Source of the DNA: Pseudomonadota bacterium
GTDB taxonomy: Bacteria > Pseudomonadota > Gammaproteobacteria > SURF-13
Reading direction: 5' to 3'
DNA length: 64,000 nt
Assembly: GCA_040756035.1 (NCBI GenBank)
Contig: JBFLZV010000004.1
Span: forward strand, 7,463 to 71,462
Shown here piece by piece: positions 1 to 11,125 of this stretch. The translations under genes and the position numbers were made by a program. How positions within the stretch are numbered: the first letter of the stretch is position 1; every line of letters begins with the position of its first letter. The notes below the pieces were generated by a model. That model worked only from the letters and a program-made list of their open reading frames with translations, had not been told where the DNA came from and searched no databases.

Positions 1-1636
1 GCAGGGCGGCGTGCGCCTGCTGCGCGTGCGTGACGACGGCGGCGGCATTCACCGGGACGACCTGGCGCTGGCCTTGAGCCGCCACGCCACCAGCAAGATC
101 GCCTCGCTCGAGGACTTGGAGCGCGTGGCGACGCTCGGCTTTCGCGGCGAGGCGCTGCCCAGCATCAGTTCGGTGGCGCGCCTCACGCTGTGTTCGCGCA
201 CGGCGGACGCGCGCAGCGGTTGGCGCATGAGCGGCGACGGCGGGGAAATCTACGGCGCGCCCGAACCCGCCGCGCACCCGCCCGGCACCACCGTGGAAGT
301 GCGCGATCTGTTTTTCAATACTCCGGCGCGGCGCAAGTTCCTGCGCTCGGAAAAAACCGAATTCGGCCACCTGGAAGACGTAGTGAAGCGCATCGCGCTG
401 AGCCGCTTCGACACCGGCTTTCTGCTCCGCCACAACCAGCGCGTGGTGCACAGCCTGCGCCCCGCGCCGGATGACGCCGAGCGCGCGCAACGCGTCGCCG
501 CGGTGTGCGGCACGGCCTTTATCGAACAGGCGCTGCACGTCGATTTCGAGGCCACCGGCCTGCGTCTGTGGGGCTGGGTGGGGCTGCCGACATTTTCGCG
601 CAGCCAGACCGATCTGCAATTTTTTTACGTCAATGGGCGCATGGTGCGCGACAAGCTGGTCAGTCACGCCGTGCGCCAAGCCTATCAGGACGTGCTCTAC
701 CACGGGCGCCAGCCGGCATTCGTGTTGTACCTGGAGCTGCCGCCGGAACAAGTCGACGTCAACGCGCACCCCGCCAAGCACGAGGTGCGTTTCCGCGAAG
801 GGCGCTTGGCGCATGACTTTATTTTTCGCAGCCTGCATACCGCCTTGGCCGGCGCGGGACCGGGCGTCGCGCCGCGCGAGGTTGAAACCGTGACGACCGG
901 TGTTCCGGTTACAGGATTCGTGCAGCAATCCATGCCTTTGGCTGTTTCCGCCCCCCCACCGCTCGCATCGCAAGTGCGCGAACAAATAGCAGCCTACGCT
1001 ACGTTACACCCGCGCCCGGAACCGGACGCAGCAGTGCAAGCGCCGAGTGACGACGCGCCTCTGGGGTACGCCTTGGCGCAACTGCACGGCGTCTATATTT
1101 TGGCGCAAAACGCGCAGGGCCTGGTGTTGGTGGACATGCACGCCGCGCACGAGCGCATCACCTACGAGCGTCTCAAGGCCGACTTGGCGGGGCAGGGGCT
1201 GGCGGCGCAGCCGTTGTTGGTGCCGGTAACGATGGCGGTGAGCGCGCGCGAGGCCGGTCTCGCGGAGGAGCATCAGGCGCTGTTCGCGGAGCTCGGCTTC
1301 GAGCTCAGCCGCCTGGGGCCGGAGACGCTGGCGGTGCGCCGCGTGCCGGCCCTGCTCGGCGACCTCGACGCCGCCGCGCTGGTGCGCGACGTGCTGTCCG
1401 ATCTGCTCGCGCACGGCATGAGCGCGCGCATCCGCGAGCGCATGAACGAGCTGCTGGGCGCACTCGCCTGCCGCAGCGCGGTGCGCGCCAACCGCCGCCT
1501 CAGCGTGCCGGAAATGAACGCCCTGCTGCGTGACATGGAAGCCACCTCCCGTAGCGGCCAATGCAACCACGGCCGGCCCACGTGGGTGCAGTTTAGTATG
1601 AGCGATTTGGATAAGCTGTTTATGCGGGGACGGTAG
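1..1636 (+). CDS. mutL: DNA mismatch repair protein MutL (5' end lies outside the window)
   Basis: GHKL motifs [26 protein letters not shown]; C-terminal DMHAAHERI and CNHGRPT metal-binding motifs. The frame is open from base 2. Confidence 0.97.
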   Translation, partial: QGGVRLLRVRDDGGGIHRDDLALALSRHATSKIASLEDLERVATLGFRGEALPSISSVARLTLCSRTADARSGWRMSGDGGEIYGAPEPAAHPPGTTVEVRDLFFNTPARRKFLRSEKTEFGHLEDVVKRIALSRFDTGFLLRHNQRVVHSLRPAPDDAERAQRVAAVCGTAFIEQALHVDFEATGLRLWGWVGLPTFSRSQTDLQFFYVNGRMVRDKLVSHAVRQAYQDVLYHGRQPAFVLYLELPPEQVDVNAHPAKHEVRFREGRLAHDFIFRSLHTALAGAGPGVAPREVETVTTGVPVTGFVQQSMPLAVSAPPPLASQVREQIAAYATLHPRPEPDAAVQAPSDDAPLGYALAQLHGVYILAQNAQGLVLVDMHAAHERITYERLKADLAGQGLAAQPLLVPVTMAVSAREAGLAEEHQALFAELGFELSRLGPETLAVRRVPALLGDLDAAALVRDVLSDLLAHGMSARIRERMNELLGALACRSAVRANRRLSVPEMNALLRDMEATSRSGQCNHGRPTWVQFSMSDLDKLFMRGR

Positions 1637-1695
1637 TAATGGTGAGGAGTAAAAATCTCATTACCCCTCACGCCTTACTCCTCACTCCTCACCCA
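1632..1695. repeat. Inverted period-7 repeat element between mutL and miaA
   Basis: Left arm ggtagta-atggtga-ggagtaa overlaps the mutL stop. Right arm ttacccc-tcacgcc-ttactcc-tcactcc-tcacc. gtgaggagtaa (1642-1652) is the exact reverse complement of ttactcctcac (1675-1685). Confidence 0.75.
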
Positions 1696-1699
1696 CTTT

Positions 1700-2635
1700 A
1701 TGCCTTCCGCCATTTTCCTAATGGGCCCCACCGCCGCCGGCAAGAGCGATCTGGCCGTACAGTTGGCCGAGCAATTTCCGTGCGAGATTATCAGCGTGGA
1801 CTCGGCCATGGTGTATCGCGGCATGGACATCGGCACCGCCAAGCCGCCGCGCGCGCTGCGCGAGCGCGTTCCGCACCACTTGATCGACATCCGCGACCCC
1901 GCCGAGCCGTACTCCGCGGCGCAGTTTCGCGACGACGCGCTGCGCCTCATGGCGGACATTCACGCGCGTGGGAAAATACCCCTCCTGGTGGGCGGCACCA
2001 TGCTGTATTTTCGCGCTTTGCAAGCGGGACTCACCGACCTGCCGTCCGCCGACCCCGTTTTGCGCGCTCGGCTGACCGAGGAGGCGCGCGCGCAGGGCTG
2101 GGCGGCCCTGCATGCACGCTTGGCGCGCGTCGATCCGGCGGCCGCGCGGCGCATTCACCCCCACGACGCCCAGCGTATTCAGCGCGCCTTGGAAATTTGG
2201 GAGCTGAGCGGCAGCCCGGCGACGGAACTTTACCGCCGTGCGACTGCCCAATCCTTGCCGTACATACTGCTTAAGCTGGTGCTGGCGCCCGCCGAGCGCG
2301 TAGTGCTGCACGAACGCATCGCCGCGCGTTTCCAGGCCATGCTGCGCCAGGGCCTGGTGGAGGAGGTCGAGGCGCTGCGCCGGCGCGGCGATCTGGACCT
2401 GCAAAAACCCGCTTTGCGCGCCGTGGGTTATCGCCAGGTGTGGCGCTGCCTGGAGGGTAAAATCAATTGCGAGGAGATGGCAAAAAGCGCTATTATAGCC
2501 ACACGCCAATTCGCCAAACGTCAGTTTACCTGGCTGCGCGCCGAGCAAGACGCCGTCTGGTTCGCTGCGCCGGGTAAAGACCTTTTCGAGTCAGTGTTGC
2601 GTTTTTGTACCGATGCGCTGTCAGCGCCTGAATAA
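1700..2635 (+). CDS. miaA: tRNA dimethylallyltransferase
   Basis: GPTAAGKS P-loop, [36 protein letters not shown]; mutL-miaA-hfq-hflX order. Confidence 0.97.
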   Translation: MPSAIFLMGPTAAGKSDLAVQLAEQFPCEIISVDSAMVYRGMDIGTAKPPRALRERVPHHLIDIRDPAEPYSAAQFRDDALRLMADIHARGKIPLLVGGTMLYFRALQAGLTDLPSADPVLRARLTEEARAQGWAALHARLARVDPAAARRIHPHDAQRIQRALEIWELSGSPATELYRRATAQSLPYILLKLVLAPAERVVLHERIAARFQAMLRQGLVEEVEALRRRGDLDLQKPALRAVGYRQVWRCLEGKINCEEMAKSAIIATRQFAKRQFTWLRAEQDAVWFAAPGKDLFESVLRFCTDALSAPE

Positions 2636-2695
2636 CGGTGAGAGTTCTTACCCAGACGGTGCGCCTAAATGATAACGACAAAAAGGAGAACGGAA

Positions 2696-2947
2696 ATGAC
2701 CAAAGGGAAAACACTTCAAGACCCTTTTTTGAATACATTGCGTAGGGAAGGAATCCCGGTTTCGATTTATTTGGTAAACGGAATCAAATTGCAAGGTCAG
2801 ATTGAGTCATTCGATCAATTTGTAGTGCTGCTGAAAAACACCGTGAGCCAGATGGTGTACAAACACGCCATCTCGACGGTGGTGCCGGCGCGCAACATAA
2901 AACTTCCCAGCCAGGATGAAACGTCCACTGAGCCTGGAAACACTTAA
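2696..2947 (+). CDS. hfq: RNA chaperone Hfq
   Basis: [30 protein letters not shown] at 2696 preceded by GGAG. Confidence 0.98.
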   Translation: MTKGKTLQDPFLNTLRREGIPVSIYLVNGIKLQGQIESFDQFVVLLKNTVSQMVYKHAISTVVPARNIKLPSQDETSTEPGNT

Positions 2948-2978
2948 TCTCTTTTCCACCTACGGCGGAGAGGGGTAA

Positions 2979-4307
2979 TTGTTCGAACGCCCCCGCAGCG
3001 GCGAGCGCGCGGTTCTGGTACACCTGTACTTCCCCAAGGAAGGTGAGCGTGAGGAACTGGCCGAGTTGCACGAACTCGCCCGTTCCGCCGGCGCCACGGT
3101 AACGGCGACCGTCACCGGCACGCGCAAAGCGCCCGATCCCAAGTATTTCGCAGGCAGCGGCAAGGCGGAGGAAATCCGCGCCGTGGTGGCGCGCGAGCGG
3201 GCGGAACTGGTGCTGTTCAACCATCCCCTTACGCCGGCCCAAGAGCGCAACCTCGAGCGCCTGTTGCAATGCCGCGTGCTGGACCGCACCGGGTTGATAC
3301 TCGACATCTTCGCGCAGCGCGCCAGCACCTACGAGGGTAAGCTGCAAGTGGAGTTGGCGCAGTTGCAGCACGTTGCCACGCGCTTGGTGCGCGGCTGGAC
3401 GCACTTGGAACGGCAAAAGGGTGGTATCGGCCTGCGCGGACCGGGTGAAACGCAATTGGAAACCGACCGACGTTTGATCGGCGCGCGCATCAAGCAAATC
3501 AACAAGCGCCTGGAAAAGGTGCGCACGCAGCGTCGCCAAGGCCGCCGCGCGCGGCGCAAGGCCGAGTTGTTCAGTGTCTCGCTGGTGGGCTACACCAACA
3601 CCGGGAAATCGACGCTGTTCAACCGCCTCACCGGCGCATCGGTGTACGCTGCCAATCAATTATTCGCCACGCTCGATCCCACCGTGCGCCGCGTCGAGCT
3701 GGGTCCCGGCGCGTCGCTGACCGTGGCCGACACCGTGGGGTTCATCCGCCATTTGCCGCATGACTTGGTGGCGTCGTTCCGTTCCACGCTGGAAGAAACG
3801 CGCGAGGCCGACCTGCTGTTGCACGTCATCGACGCGCACGACGCCAACCGCCATGCGCACTGCGAGCAAGTCAATCAAGTATTACGCGAAATCGGCGCGC
3901 AGGACGTGCCGCAAATCGAGATTTACAATAAAATTGATCTTTTGCCGGACACCGCGCCACACATGGACGTGCCAGTGTCGCGGGAGGCAGGATGCCGGGA
4001 GCGACCGCCGCACATGGACGTGCCAGTGTCGCGGGAGGGCCGCTCCAGGCTCCTGCCTTCACGCGGCACTGCCCCGTCCCTGGAGGGCGCAGGATGCCGG
4101 GAGCGACCGCCGCACATGGAGCGCGACGAGCAGGGCCGCGCGCGGCGCGTGTGGCTATCCGCGGTCACCGGCGCGGGAATCGATTTGCTGCGCCAGGCGT
4201 TACGTGAACACATGACAGAGGGCGTAAAGCAGGACGCTGAGGTAAATGAAAAACCGTCCCCGCTTGTTTATCCCGCGGCAAGTGAGCCGCAATGCGGGAC
4301 GGCGTGA
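2979..4307 (+). CDS. hflX: Ribosome-splitting GTPase HflX with a 51-aa repeat-derived insertion and an atypical short C-terminus
   Basis: G1 GYTNTGKS, G2 FATLD, G3 DTVG, G4 NKID, G5 WLSA; N-terminal QVELAQL and GPGETQLE motifs. TTG start. Confidence 0.95.
   Translation: MFERPRSGERAVLVHLYFPKEGEREELAELHELARSAGATVTATVTGTRKAPDPKYFAGSGKAEEIRAVVARERAELVLFNHPLTPAQERNLERLLQCRVLDRTGLILDIFAQRASTYEGKLQVELAQLQHVATRLVRGWTHLERQKGGIGLRGPGETQLETDRRLIGARIKQINKRLEKVRTQRRQGRRARRKAELFSVSLVGYTNTGKSTLFNRLTGASVYAANQLFATLDPTVRRVELGPGASLTVADTVGFIRHLPHDLVASFRSTLEETREADLLLHVIDAHDANRHAHCEQVNQVLREIGAQDVPQIEIYNKIDLLPDTAPHMDVPVSREAGCRERPPHMDVPVSREGRSRLLPSRGTAPSLEGAGCRERPPHMERDEQGRARRVWLSAVTGAGIDLLRQALREHMTEGVKQDAEVNEKPSPLVYPAASEPQCGTA
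3960..4120. repeat. In-frame palindromic repeat insertion inside hflX
   Basis: CACATGGA occurs at 3960, 4011 and 4113 (spacings 51 and 102 bp). gcaggatgccgggagcgaccgccg and cacatggacgtgccagtgtcgcgggag each occur twice. The central 51 bp is a diverged inverted copy. Confidence 0.9.
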
Positions 4308-4325
4308 ATTAAAGATATTAAAAAT

Positions 4326-4361
4326 AACATAAATAAAGCCCATCTTTATTTATGTTCTTTT
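4326..4361 (+). terminator. AT-rich hairpin followed by a T run downstream of hflX (possible terminator)
   Basis: Perfect 13-bp inverted repeat aacataaataaag / ctttatttatgtt with a 5-nt loop, then cttttt. The stem is AT-rich, so termination strength is doubtful. Confidence 0.4.
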
Positions 4362-4375
4362 TATATTACCATTTT

Positions 4376-4503
4376 CACTCACCCCCACTCTGTCCCCTTT
4401 GCGCTATGCTATCCATGCGCCGCGCAAAGTCCAGCCTGGCCATCGTGGCCCGGCGTTCCGCAACTTCGTTGCTTCACCCCTTGAAGGGGGCGGGAACGTA
4501 GCA
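4376..4503 (+). mobile_element. MITE/REP-like hairpin element, copy A
   Basis: Aligns by eye with 15507-15592 (ctgtcccctt...aaagtcc...) and with 15816-15861 (gcaac-N3-gttgcttcacccc...gggg...cgtagc). Confidence 0.7.
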
Positions 4504-4598
4504 TTTCGTGAGGCTTACTTAATGAAGTTCTTAGTAATTTTGCGTTACAGTGTATTACTATTGTGTGTCTATCTCTAACTTACGCAACGGAGTAACTG

Positions 4599-5789
4599 AT
4601 GGCTTGGAATGAACCGGGCGGCGCCAGGGACAAAGACCCCTGGGGTGGCCGCAAGAGCACTGAGCAAGGCCCTCCCGACCTGGACGAGTTGCTGCGCAAG
4701 TTGCAGCAGCGTCTGCGCGGTCTATTCGGCGGCAAGCGCCCGGAGGGTCCGGACGCCAAGCCGCTACGCCCGGGTTTCGGCCTGCTCGCCGCCATCGTGG
4801 TGATCGTGTGGCTGTTGTCGGGCATTTATATCGTCGATCCGGCGGAGCGCGGCGTGGTGCAGCGTTTCGGCGCCTACGCGGCCACCACGCTGCCCGGCCC
4901 GCATTGGCATATCCCGTATCCCATCGAGAAGGTGAACATCGTCAACGTCGATCAGATTCGCAACGTGGAAATCGGTTTCCGCTCCGACGGTTTGAAGCAA
5001 ACCGTGGAGGCGGTGCCGCGCGAGGCGCTGATGCTTACGCAAGACGAAAATATCGTCGACGTGCGTTTCGCCGTGCAGTATCACGTCAAGGACGCGCGCG
5101 ATTATTTGTTCAACGTGCGTGAGCCCGATTTCACGCTGCTACAAGCCACCGAGAGCGCGGTGCGCGAGATCATCGGCAAGAGTTCCATGGACTTCGTGCT
5201 CACCGAGGGGCGCGGCCAGGTGGAGGATACGTCGCGTGAAATGATCCAAAAAATTCTGGATCGTTACCGTTCCGGATTGCAGGTGACGAAAGTGAACATG
5301 CAAAACGCGCAGCCGCCCGAAGAGGTGCAGGACGCCTTCCAGGACGCGGTGCGCGCCATCGCCGACGAGCAGCGCTTGATAAACGAGGCCGAGACCTACG
5401 CCAACGGCGTCATCCCCGCGGCGCGCGGCGAGGCGGCGCGGCGCTTGGCCGAGGCGAATGCATACAAGGCGCAGGTCGTTGCGCAGGCGCAAGGTGAAGC
5501 AAGCCGCTTTACGCAAGTTTTGGAGCAATATCGCAACGCCCCCGACGTGACGCGCGAGCGTTTGTATCTGGAGGCCATGGAGGCGGTGCTTTCCAATACC
5601 GACAAGATCATGGTGGATATCAAGAGCGGCAATAATTTGCTCTACCTGCCCTTGGACCGCCTCGCGCAGCCGGCGCAGCGCGCGCCGGAGCCTGCGCCCG
5701 AGGCGCCCGCCGCCAGTGCGGAGCAAGTCGCGGCGGAGCCGAAGCAAGACACGCTGCGTGATCGTGGACGCAGCCGAGGAGAACGCTGA
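4599..5789 (+). CDS. hflK: FtsH protease modulator HflK
   Basis: MAWNEPG...DPWG...GPPDLDEL N-terminus, SPFH domain (MLTQDENIV), LLYLPLD C-terminus. Confidence 0.97.
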   Translation: MAWNEPGGARDKDPWGGRKSTEQGPPDLDELLRKLQQRLRGLFGGKRPEGPDAKPLRPGFGLLAAIVVIVWLLSGIYIVDPAERGVVQRFGAYAATTLPGPHWHIPYPIEKVNIVNVDQIRNVEIGFRSDGLKQTVEAVPREALMLTQDENIVDVRFAVQYHVKDARDYLFNVREPDFTLLQATESAVREIIGKSSMDFVLTEGRGQVEDTSREMIQKILDRYRSGLQVTKVNMQNAQPPEEVQDAFQDAVRAIADEQRLINEAETYANGVIPAARGEAARRLAEANAYKAQVVAQAQGEASRFTQVLEQYRNAPDVTRERLYLEAMEAVLSNTDKIMVDIKSGNNLLYLPLDRLAQPAQRAPEPAPEAPAASAEQVAAEPKQDTLRDRGRSRGER

Positions 5790-6691
5790 TGAGCCAGAAG
5801 ACCACCGCCGTCATCATCGCGCTGATCGCGCTGGCGATCATCGCTTCGTTTTCGCTGTTCAGCGTGGGCCAGAGCGAGCGCGCGATTCTATTCCGTCTCG
5901 GTGAAGTGGTGCGCAGCGATTTCAAGCCCGGCCTGCATGTCAAGGTGCCGTTCATCACCAACGTGCGCAAATTCGACGCGCGCATTCAAACGCTGGAGGC
6001 CGAGCCGGAGCGCTATCTCACCAAGGAAAAGAAAAACGTCTACGTCGATTCGTTCGTAAAGTGGCGCATTGCCGACGTGGCGCGCTATTACACGGCGATG
6101 AGCGGCGACGAGTCGCGCGCCGGGTTGCGTTTGTACCAGATCGTCAAGGCCGGCCTGCGCGGCGAATTCGGCAAGCGCACCATTCAAGAAGTGGTGTCCG
6201 GCGACCGTCCGGTGATCATGAGCCTGCTCACCGTGGCCGCCAATCAACAGGCGCAGCAGTTCGGCATCGAAGTGGTGGACGTGCGCATCCGGCGCGTGGA
6301 TTTGCCGAAGGAAGTGAGCGCCTCGGTTTTCCAGCGCATGCAGGCGGAACGCGCCCGCGTCGCCAAGGAAACACGCGCGCGCGGCGCCGAGGCGGCGGAG
6401 CGCATTCGCGCCGACGCCGACCGCCAGCGCGTGGTGATTTTGTCGGAAGCATACCGCGACGCCGAGCGTATCCGCGGCGAGGGTGACGCCGAAGCGTCGA
6501 ATGTCTACGCCGGCGCGTACGGCAGCGATCAGGAATTCTACGCCCTGTACCGCAGCCTGAACGCTTATAAGAACACATTCGGCGGCGGCAAGGGCGGCAT
6601 GCTGGTGTTGGAGCCCAGTTCCGAATTCTTCAAGTATTTTAAAGGGCCGAAGGCCGCCGGCGGCGCGGCGGGCGTCGCCAGGCAGCCGTAA
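5789..6691 (+). CDS. hflC: FtsH protease modulator HflC
   Basis: N-terminal TM, SPFH domain, RMQAERARVA, FYALYRSLNAY; follows hflK. Confidence 0.97.
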   Translation: MSQKTTAVIIALIALAIIASFSLFSVGQSERAILFRLGEVVRSDFKPGLHVKVPFITNVRKFDARIQTLEAEPERYLTKEKKNVYVDSFVKWRIADVARYYTAMSGDESRAGLRLYQIVKAGLRGEFGKRTIQEVVSGDRPVIMSLLTVAANQQAQQFGIEVVDVRIRRVDLPKEVSASVFQRMQAERARVAKETRARGAEAAERIRADADRQRVVILSEAYRDAERIRGEGDAEASNVYAGAYGSDQEFYALYRSLNAYKNTFGGGKGGMLVLEPSSEFFKYFKGPKAAGGAAGVARQP

Positions 6692-6699
6692 TAATTTGC

Positions 6700-6885
6700 A
6701 TGGGGACGACGCTGCTGATCGCTATCGCGCTGCTGCTGATTATCGAAGGCATATTACCTTTTTTGAACCCGGCGGCGCTGCGCAAGTCGTTGTTGTCCAT
6801 TGCGCAAATGGATGACCGCACCCTGCGCATCGGCGGATTGGTCAGCATGACGCTCGGCGTGGCGTTGCTGTATTGGGTGAATTAA
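6700..6885 (+). CDS. DUF2065 (YjeT-like) small membrane protein
   Basis: LLIIEGILPFLNP...LRIGG signature; usual position between hflC and purA/hisZ. Confidence 0.85.
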   Translation: MGTTLLIAIALLLIIEGILPFLNPAALRKSLLSIAQMDDRTLRIGGLVSMTLGVALLYWVN

Positions 6886-6916
6886 ACCAATAACCTCACA
6901 CAAAAACGTAAGAATT

Positions 6917-7031
6917 CTCACGCAAAGACGCCAAGTTCGTAAAGATTTAAAACTTAAAAGCCGTGAAATATCTCGCCATGATTAAGCCAATATTTTTTAT
7001 ATTATTTTGCGTCTTTGCGCCTTTGCGTGAG
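6917..7031. repeat. Paired inverted ACGCAAAG-type arms around an AT-rich core
   Basis: ctcacgcaaagacgccaag (6917-6935) ... tttgcgtctttgcgcctttgcgtgag (7006-7031). Confidence 0.85.
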
Positions 7032-7055
7032 ATGTTTTTTTTCGAGTCATAACCC

Positions 7056-8249
7056 ATGCTCGATAAAGACCGCTGGCTGTTGCCGGAAGGCATCGAAGAC
7101 GTGCTGCCGTCCGCGGCCGCGCGCTTGGAGCGGCTGCGCCGCGAGCTGCTCGACCTGTTCGGCGGTTGGGGTTACGAGCTGGTGATTCCGCCGCTGGTGG
7201 AATATCTGGAGTCGCTGCTCACCGGCACCGGCAACGATCTCGATCTACAAACTTTCAAGATCACCGATCAATTGACCGGACGCCTGATGGGCGTACGCGC
7301 CGACATGACGCCGCAGGTGGCGCGCATCGACGCGCACCTGCTCAAGCGCGACGCGCCGACGCGCCTGTGCTATTTGGATACGGTGCTGCACACGCGCCCG
7401 GACGGTTTTTCGCGCTCGCGCAATCCGCTGCAAGTGGGCGCCGAATTGTACGGCCACTCCGGAGTCGAGAGCGAAGCCGAAATACTGTGCCTGATGCTGG
7501 AGATGCTGAAGCTCGCCGGCATAGGCGCGGTGCACGTCGATCTCGGTCACGTGGGTATCTTCCGCGGCCTGGCGCGCGCCGCCGGGCTGAACGCCGAGCA
7601 AGAGGCCGTGCTGTTCGACGCTTTGCAACGCAAGGCCAAGGCCGAGATCGAAGAGTTTCTGACGGGCTGGTCGCTCGATGCGGTGCAACGCCGCCGCATC
7701 GTGAGTCTTGTGGAACTCAACGGCGGTGACGAAGTGTTGAGCGACGCGGAAGTCGCTCTGCGCGGCGCCGGTGACGCGGTGCGCGGCGCATTGGACAATC
7801 TGCGCAGCATCGCCGACGCGGTGCGTCGCCAAGCGCCGCAGCAGACTCTCTATTTCGATCTCGCCGAGTTGCGCGGCTATCACTATTACACCGGCGTGGT
7901 GTTCGCCGCCTTCGTGCCGGGCCATGGTCAGGCCATCGCGCAAGGCGGTCGCTACGACGACATCGGACGCGTGTTCGGACGCGCGCGCCCGGCCACCGGT
8001 TTCGGTGCTGACATTAAAACCCTGCTGGCGCTGAGCACGCAGCCTCTGCCTGAGCGGCCCGGCGCTATTTTTGCGCCGTGTGAAAATGACTCCGCGCTGC
8101 AGGCATTGGTTCGGACGCTGCGCGCGCAAGGCGAGCGCGTCGTCTACGCGCTGCCGGGACAAACCGGCGGCGCGCGAGAGGTAGGCTGCGACAGAGTGGT
8201 GAAAAAACAAAAAGGCGTGTGGACGGTAATCAAAACAGAGGAAAAGTAA
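7056..8249 (+). CDS. hisZ: ATP phosphoribosyltransferase regulatory subunit
   Basis: WLLPEGIEDVLP, RADMTPQVARID, ELRGYHYYTG, GGRYD; HisRS-like protein upstream of purA. Confidence 0.93.
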   Translation: MLDKDRWLLPEGIEDVLPSAAARLERLRRELLDLFGGWGYELVIPPLVEYLESLLTGTGNDLDLQTFKITDQLTGRLMGVRADMTPQVARIDAHLLKRDAPTRLCYLDTVLHTRPDGFSRSRNPLQVGAELYGHSGVESEAEILCLMLEMLKLAGIGAVHVDLGHVGIFRGLARAAGLNAEQEAVLFDALQRKAKAEIEEFLTGWSLDAVQRRRIVSLVELNGGDEVLSDAEVALRGAGDAVRGALDNLRSIADAVRRQAPQQTLYFDLAELRGYHYYTGVVFAAFVPGHGQAIAQGGRYDDIGRVFGRARPATGFGADIKTLLALSTQPLPERPGAIFAPCENDSALQALVRTLRAQGERVVYALPGQTGGAREVGCDRVVKKQKGVWTVIKTEEK

Positions 8250-9545
<1,296 letters not shown>

Positions 9546-9570
9546 AGGTTTTTTTAAAATTCAAAAAATC

Positions 9571-9694
9571 TAACGCAAAGACGTAAATAAAAAAGTAACA
9601 AGTTGCAAGTAACAAGATAAAAATTAATTTCTATACCTTTTCTTGGAACTTGTCACTTGTTACTTGGAACCGCTTTTTTGGCGTCTTTGCGTTG
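9571..9694. repeat. Nested element: outer ACGCAAAG arms enclosing an inverted heptamer array
   Basis: Outer aacgcaaagacg (9572) / cgtctttgcgtt (to 9693). Inner aagtaac-aagttgc-aagtaac-aag / cttggaa-cttgtca-cttgtta-ctt. Confidence 0.85.
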
Positions 9695-9705
9695 GGTTCT
9701 TTTAA

Positions 9706-10413
9706 TCAGTTCGGCAACCCTTCCACCGAGCGAATCAAAATAGTAAATTCATCGCCGTCCTTGCCGCGCTCTTCGATGCGTACCGGTAAATAAGATAAGC
9801 TCGGCGCGCACCACAGCGTGGTGATTTTTTGATCAGGCGCCATAATGCGCTGCACCTTCAATGTTTTGATCTCCCCCAAGGGCGTGTCCACGTTTTCCTC
9901 GCCGTCCACCTTGAAATGGTAGGTTTTGAATTTGTGCGTGTCCACCATCGGGTAGGTCAGTTCGCGCTTACCCTGCTGTAAATCGTACATCATGGCGAGC
10001 TGGTAGAGCAGTTGGTCGTAGGTGCGCGGCTCGATGGCGATGTTCGAGGTTTCGCCCGCGCTGGTGATCTTGGCGACGCCGTGCTTGTCGTCGAACGTCA
10101 CACTGATGCGACGCTCTTTCTTGCCGCCGGTTTTTTCGTAGCTGTATTGCAGCGGTTTGATTTGGTTGTTTTGATAGGTCCACACGCTGCGCTCGGCGAT
10201 CTGATCCTTCACAAACGCCGCCAGCAATCCGCCCGGCTGCATGGTGGAGGCGAACACGAATTTACCGTCTTCATCCGGCGCGAGTGAGCGGTGCACCTCG
10301 CCCAGCGTGATGTTGCCCTTGCTCATGACATAGCGCGCGCTGAAGGGCTGCGGCGCCGCGCAGGCTGTATAGGTAATGAATAATAATGCTACGCCGGCAA
10401 TCAAGCGGTGCAT
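9706..10413 (-). CDS. DUF3108-family exported protein
   Basis: Signal peptide; YDQLLYQLAMMYDL, ETPLG-like DTPLGEIKTL, TLWCAPSLSYLPVRI; usual neighbour of purN. Confidence 0.75.
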   Translation of the reverse strand: MHRLIAGVALLFITYTACAAPQPFSARYVMSKGNITLGEVHRSLAPDEDGKFVFASTMQPGGLLAAFVKDQIAERSVWTYQNNQIKPLQYSYEKTGGKKERRISVTFDDKHGVAKITSAGETSNIAIEPRTYDQLLYQLAMMYDLQQGKRELTYPMVDTHKFKTYHFKVDGEENVDTPLGEIKTLKVQRIMAPDQKITTLWCAPSLSYLPVRIEERGKDGDEFTILIRSVEGLPN

Positions 10414-10435
10414 GGTTTTCTCCGATTACACGGAA

Positions 10436-11125
10436 TTACTTTACAACATTTTCCCGCGCCGCGTCGTAGGCTCCGGAAGGATCGATGGGTCGCCCGTCGA
10501 GCAGGGCGCGCGCTTTGCCGTCCTTGCTATCCAGGCGTAAGCGTCCTTCCGCGAACCAGCGCAATGATCGGGGATAGATAACGTGCTCTTGTTCCAGCAC
10601 GCGTGCGGCCAAACTCTGCGGCGTATCGTGCGCCAGCACCGGCACGCGCGCTTGCAGGATTACCGGGCCGCCGTCCACGTCCGCGGTGACGAAATGCACG
10701 CTGGCGCCGTGCTCCCGCGCACCCGCGCTCAGCGCGCGTTGATGGGTGTCGAGCCCCGGGAAGGCTGGCAGCAGGGAGGGGTGGATGTTGAGCATTCTAC
10801 CCTGATAGTGCTCCACGAACTCCGGACTCAAGATGCGCATGAAGCCGGCCAGCGCTATTAATTCGGGAGAGAAGCTATCAATCAATTTTTGCAGCGCGGC
10901 GTCGAATGCGCGGCGGTCGGGAAAAGCGCCGTGCTCCAGCACGCGCGTGGTAATGCCGGCGTCGCGCGCGTACGCCAGCCCCGGCGCGTCCGCGCGGTTG
11001 CTGATGACGGCGCGGATGTCGAGCGGCAGGCGCTGCGCACGAACAGCCTCGATAATGGCATGCAGATTAGTGCCGCGCCCGGAGATCAACACCACGGTGG
11101 GCACAGGGCGTACGGCGGAGGTCAC
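10436..11125 (-). CDS. purN: Phosphoribosylglycinamide formyltransferase
   Basis: [39 protein letters not shown]. Confidence 0.97.
   Translation of the reverse strand: MTSAVRPVPTVVLISGRGTNLHAIIEAVRAQRLPLDIRAVISNRADAPGLAYARDAGITTRVLEHGAFPDRRAFDAALQKLIDSFSPELIALAGFMRILSPEFVEHYQGRMLNIHPSLLPAFPGLDTHQRALSAGAREHGASVHFVTADVDGGPVILQARVPVLAHDTPQSLAARVLEQEHVIYPRSLRWFAEGRLRLDSKDGKARALLDGRPIDPSGAYDAARENVVK

Noticed and set aside
4478-4505. Sigma32 promoter for hflK (CTTGAA)
   Set aside because: The hexamer is the loop of a repeat hairpin and there is no CCCCAT-like -10 at the right spacing.
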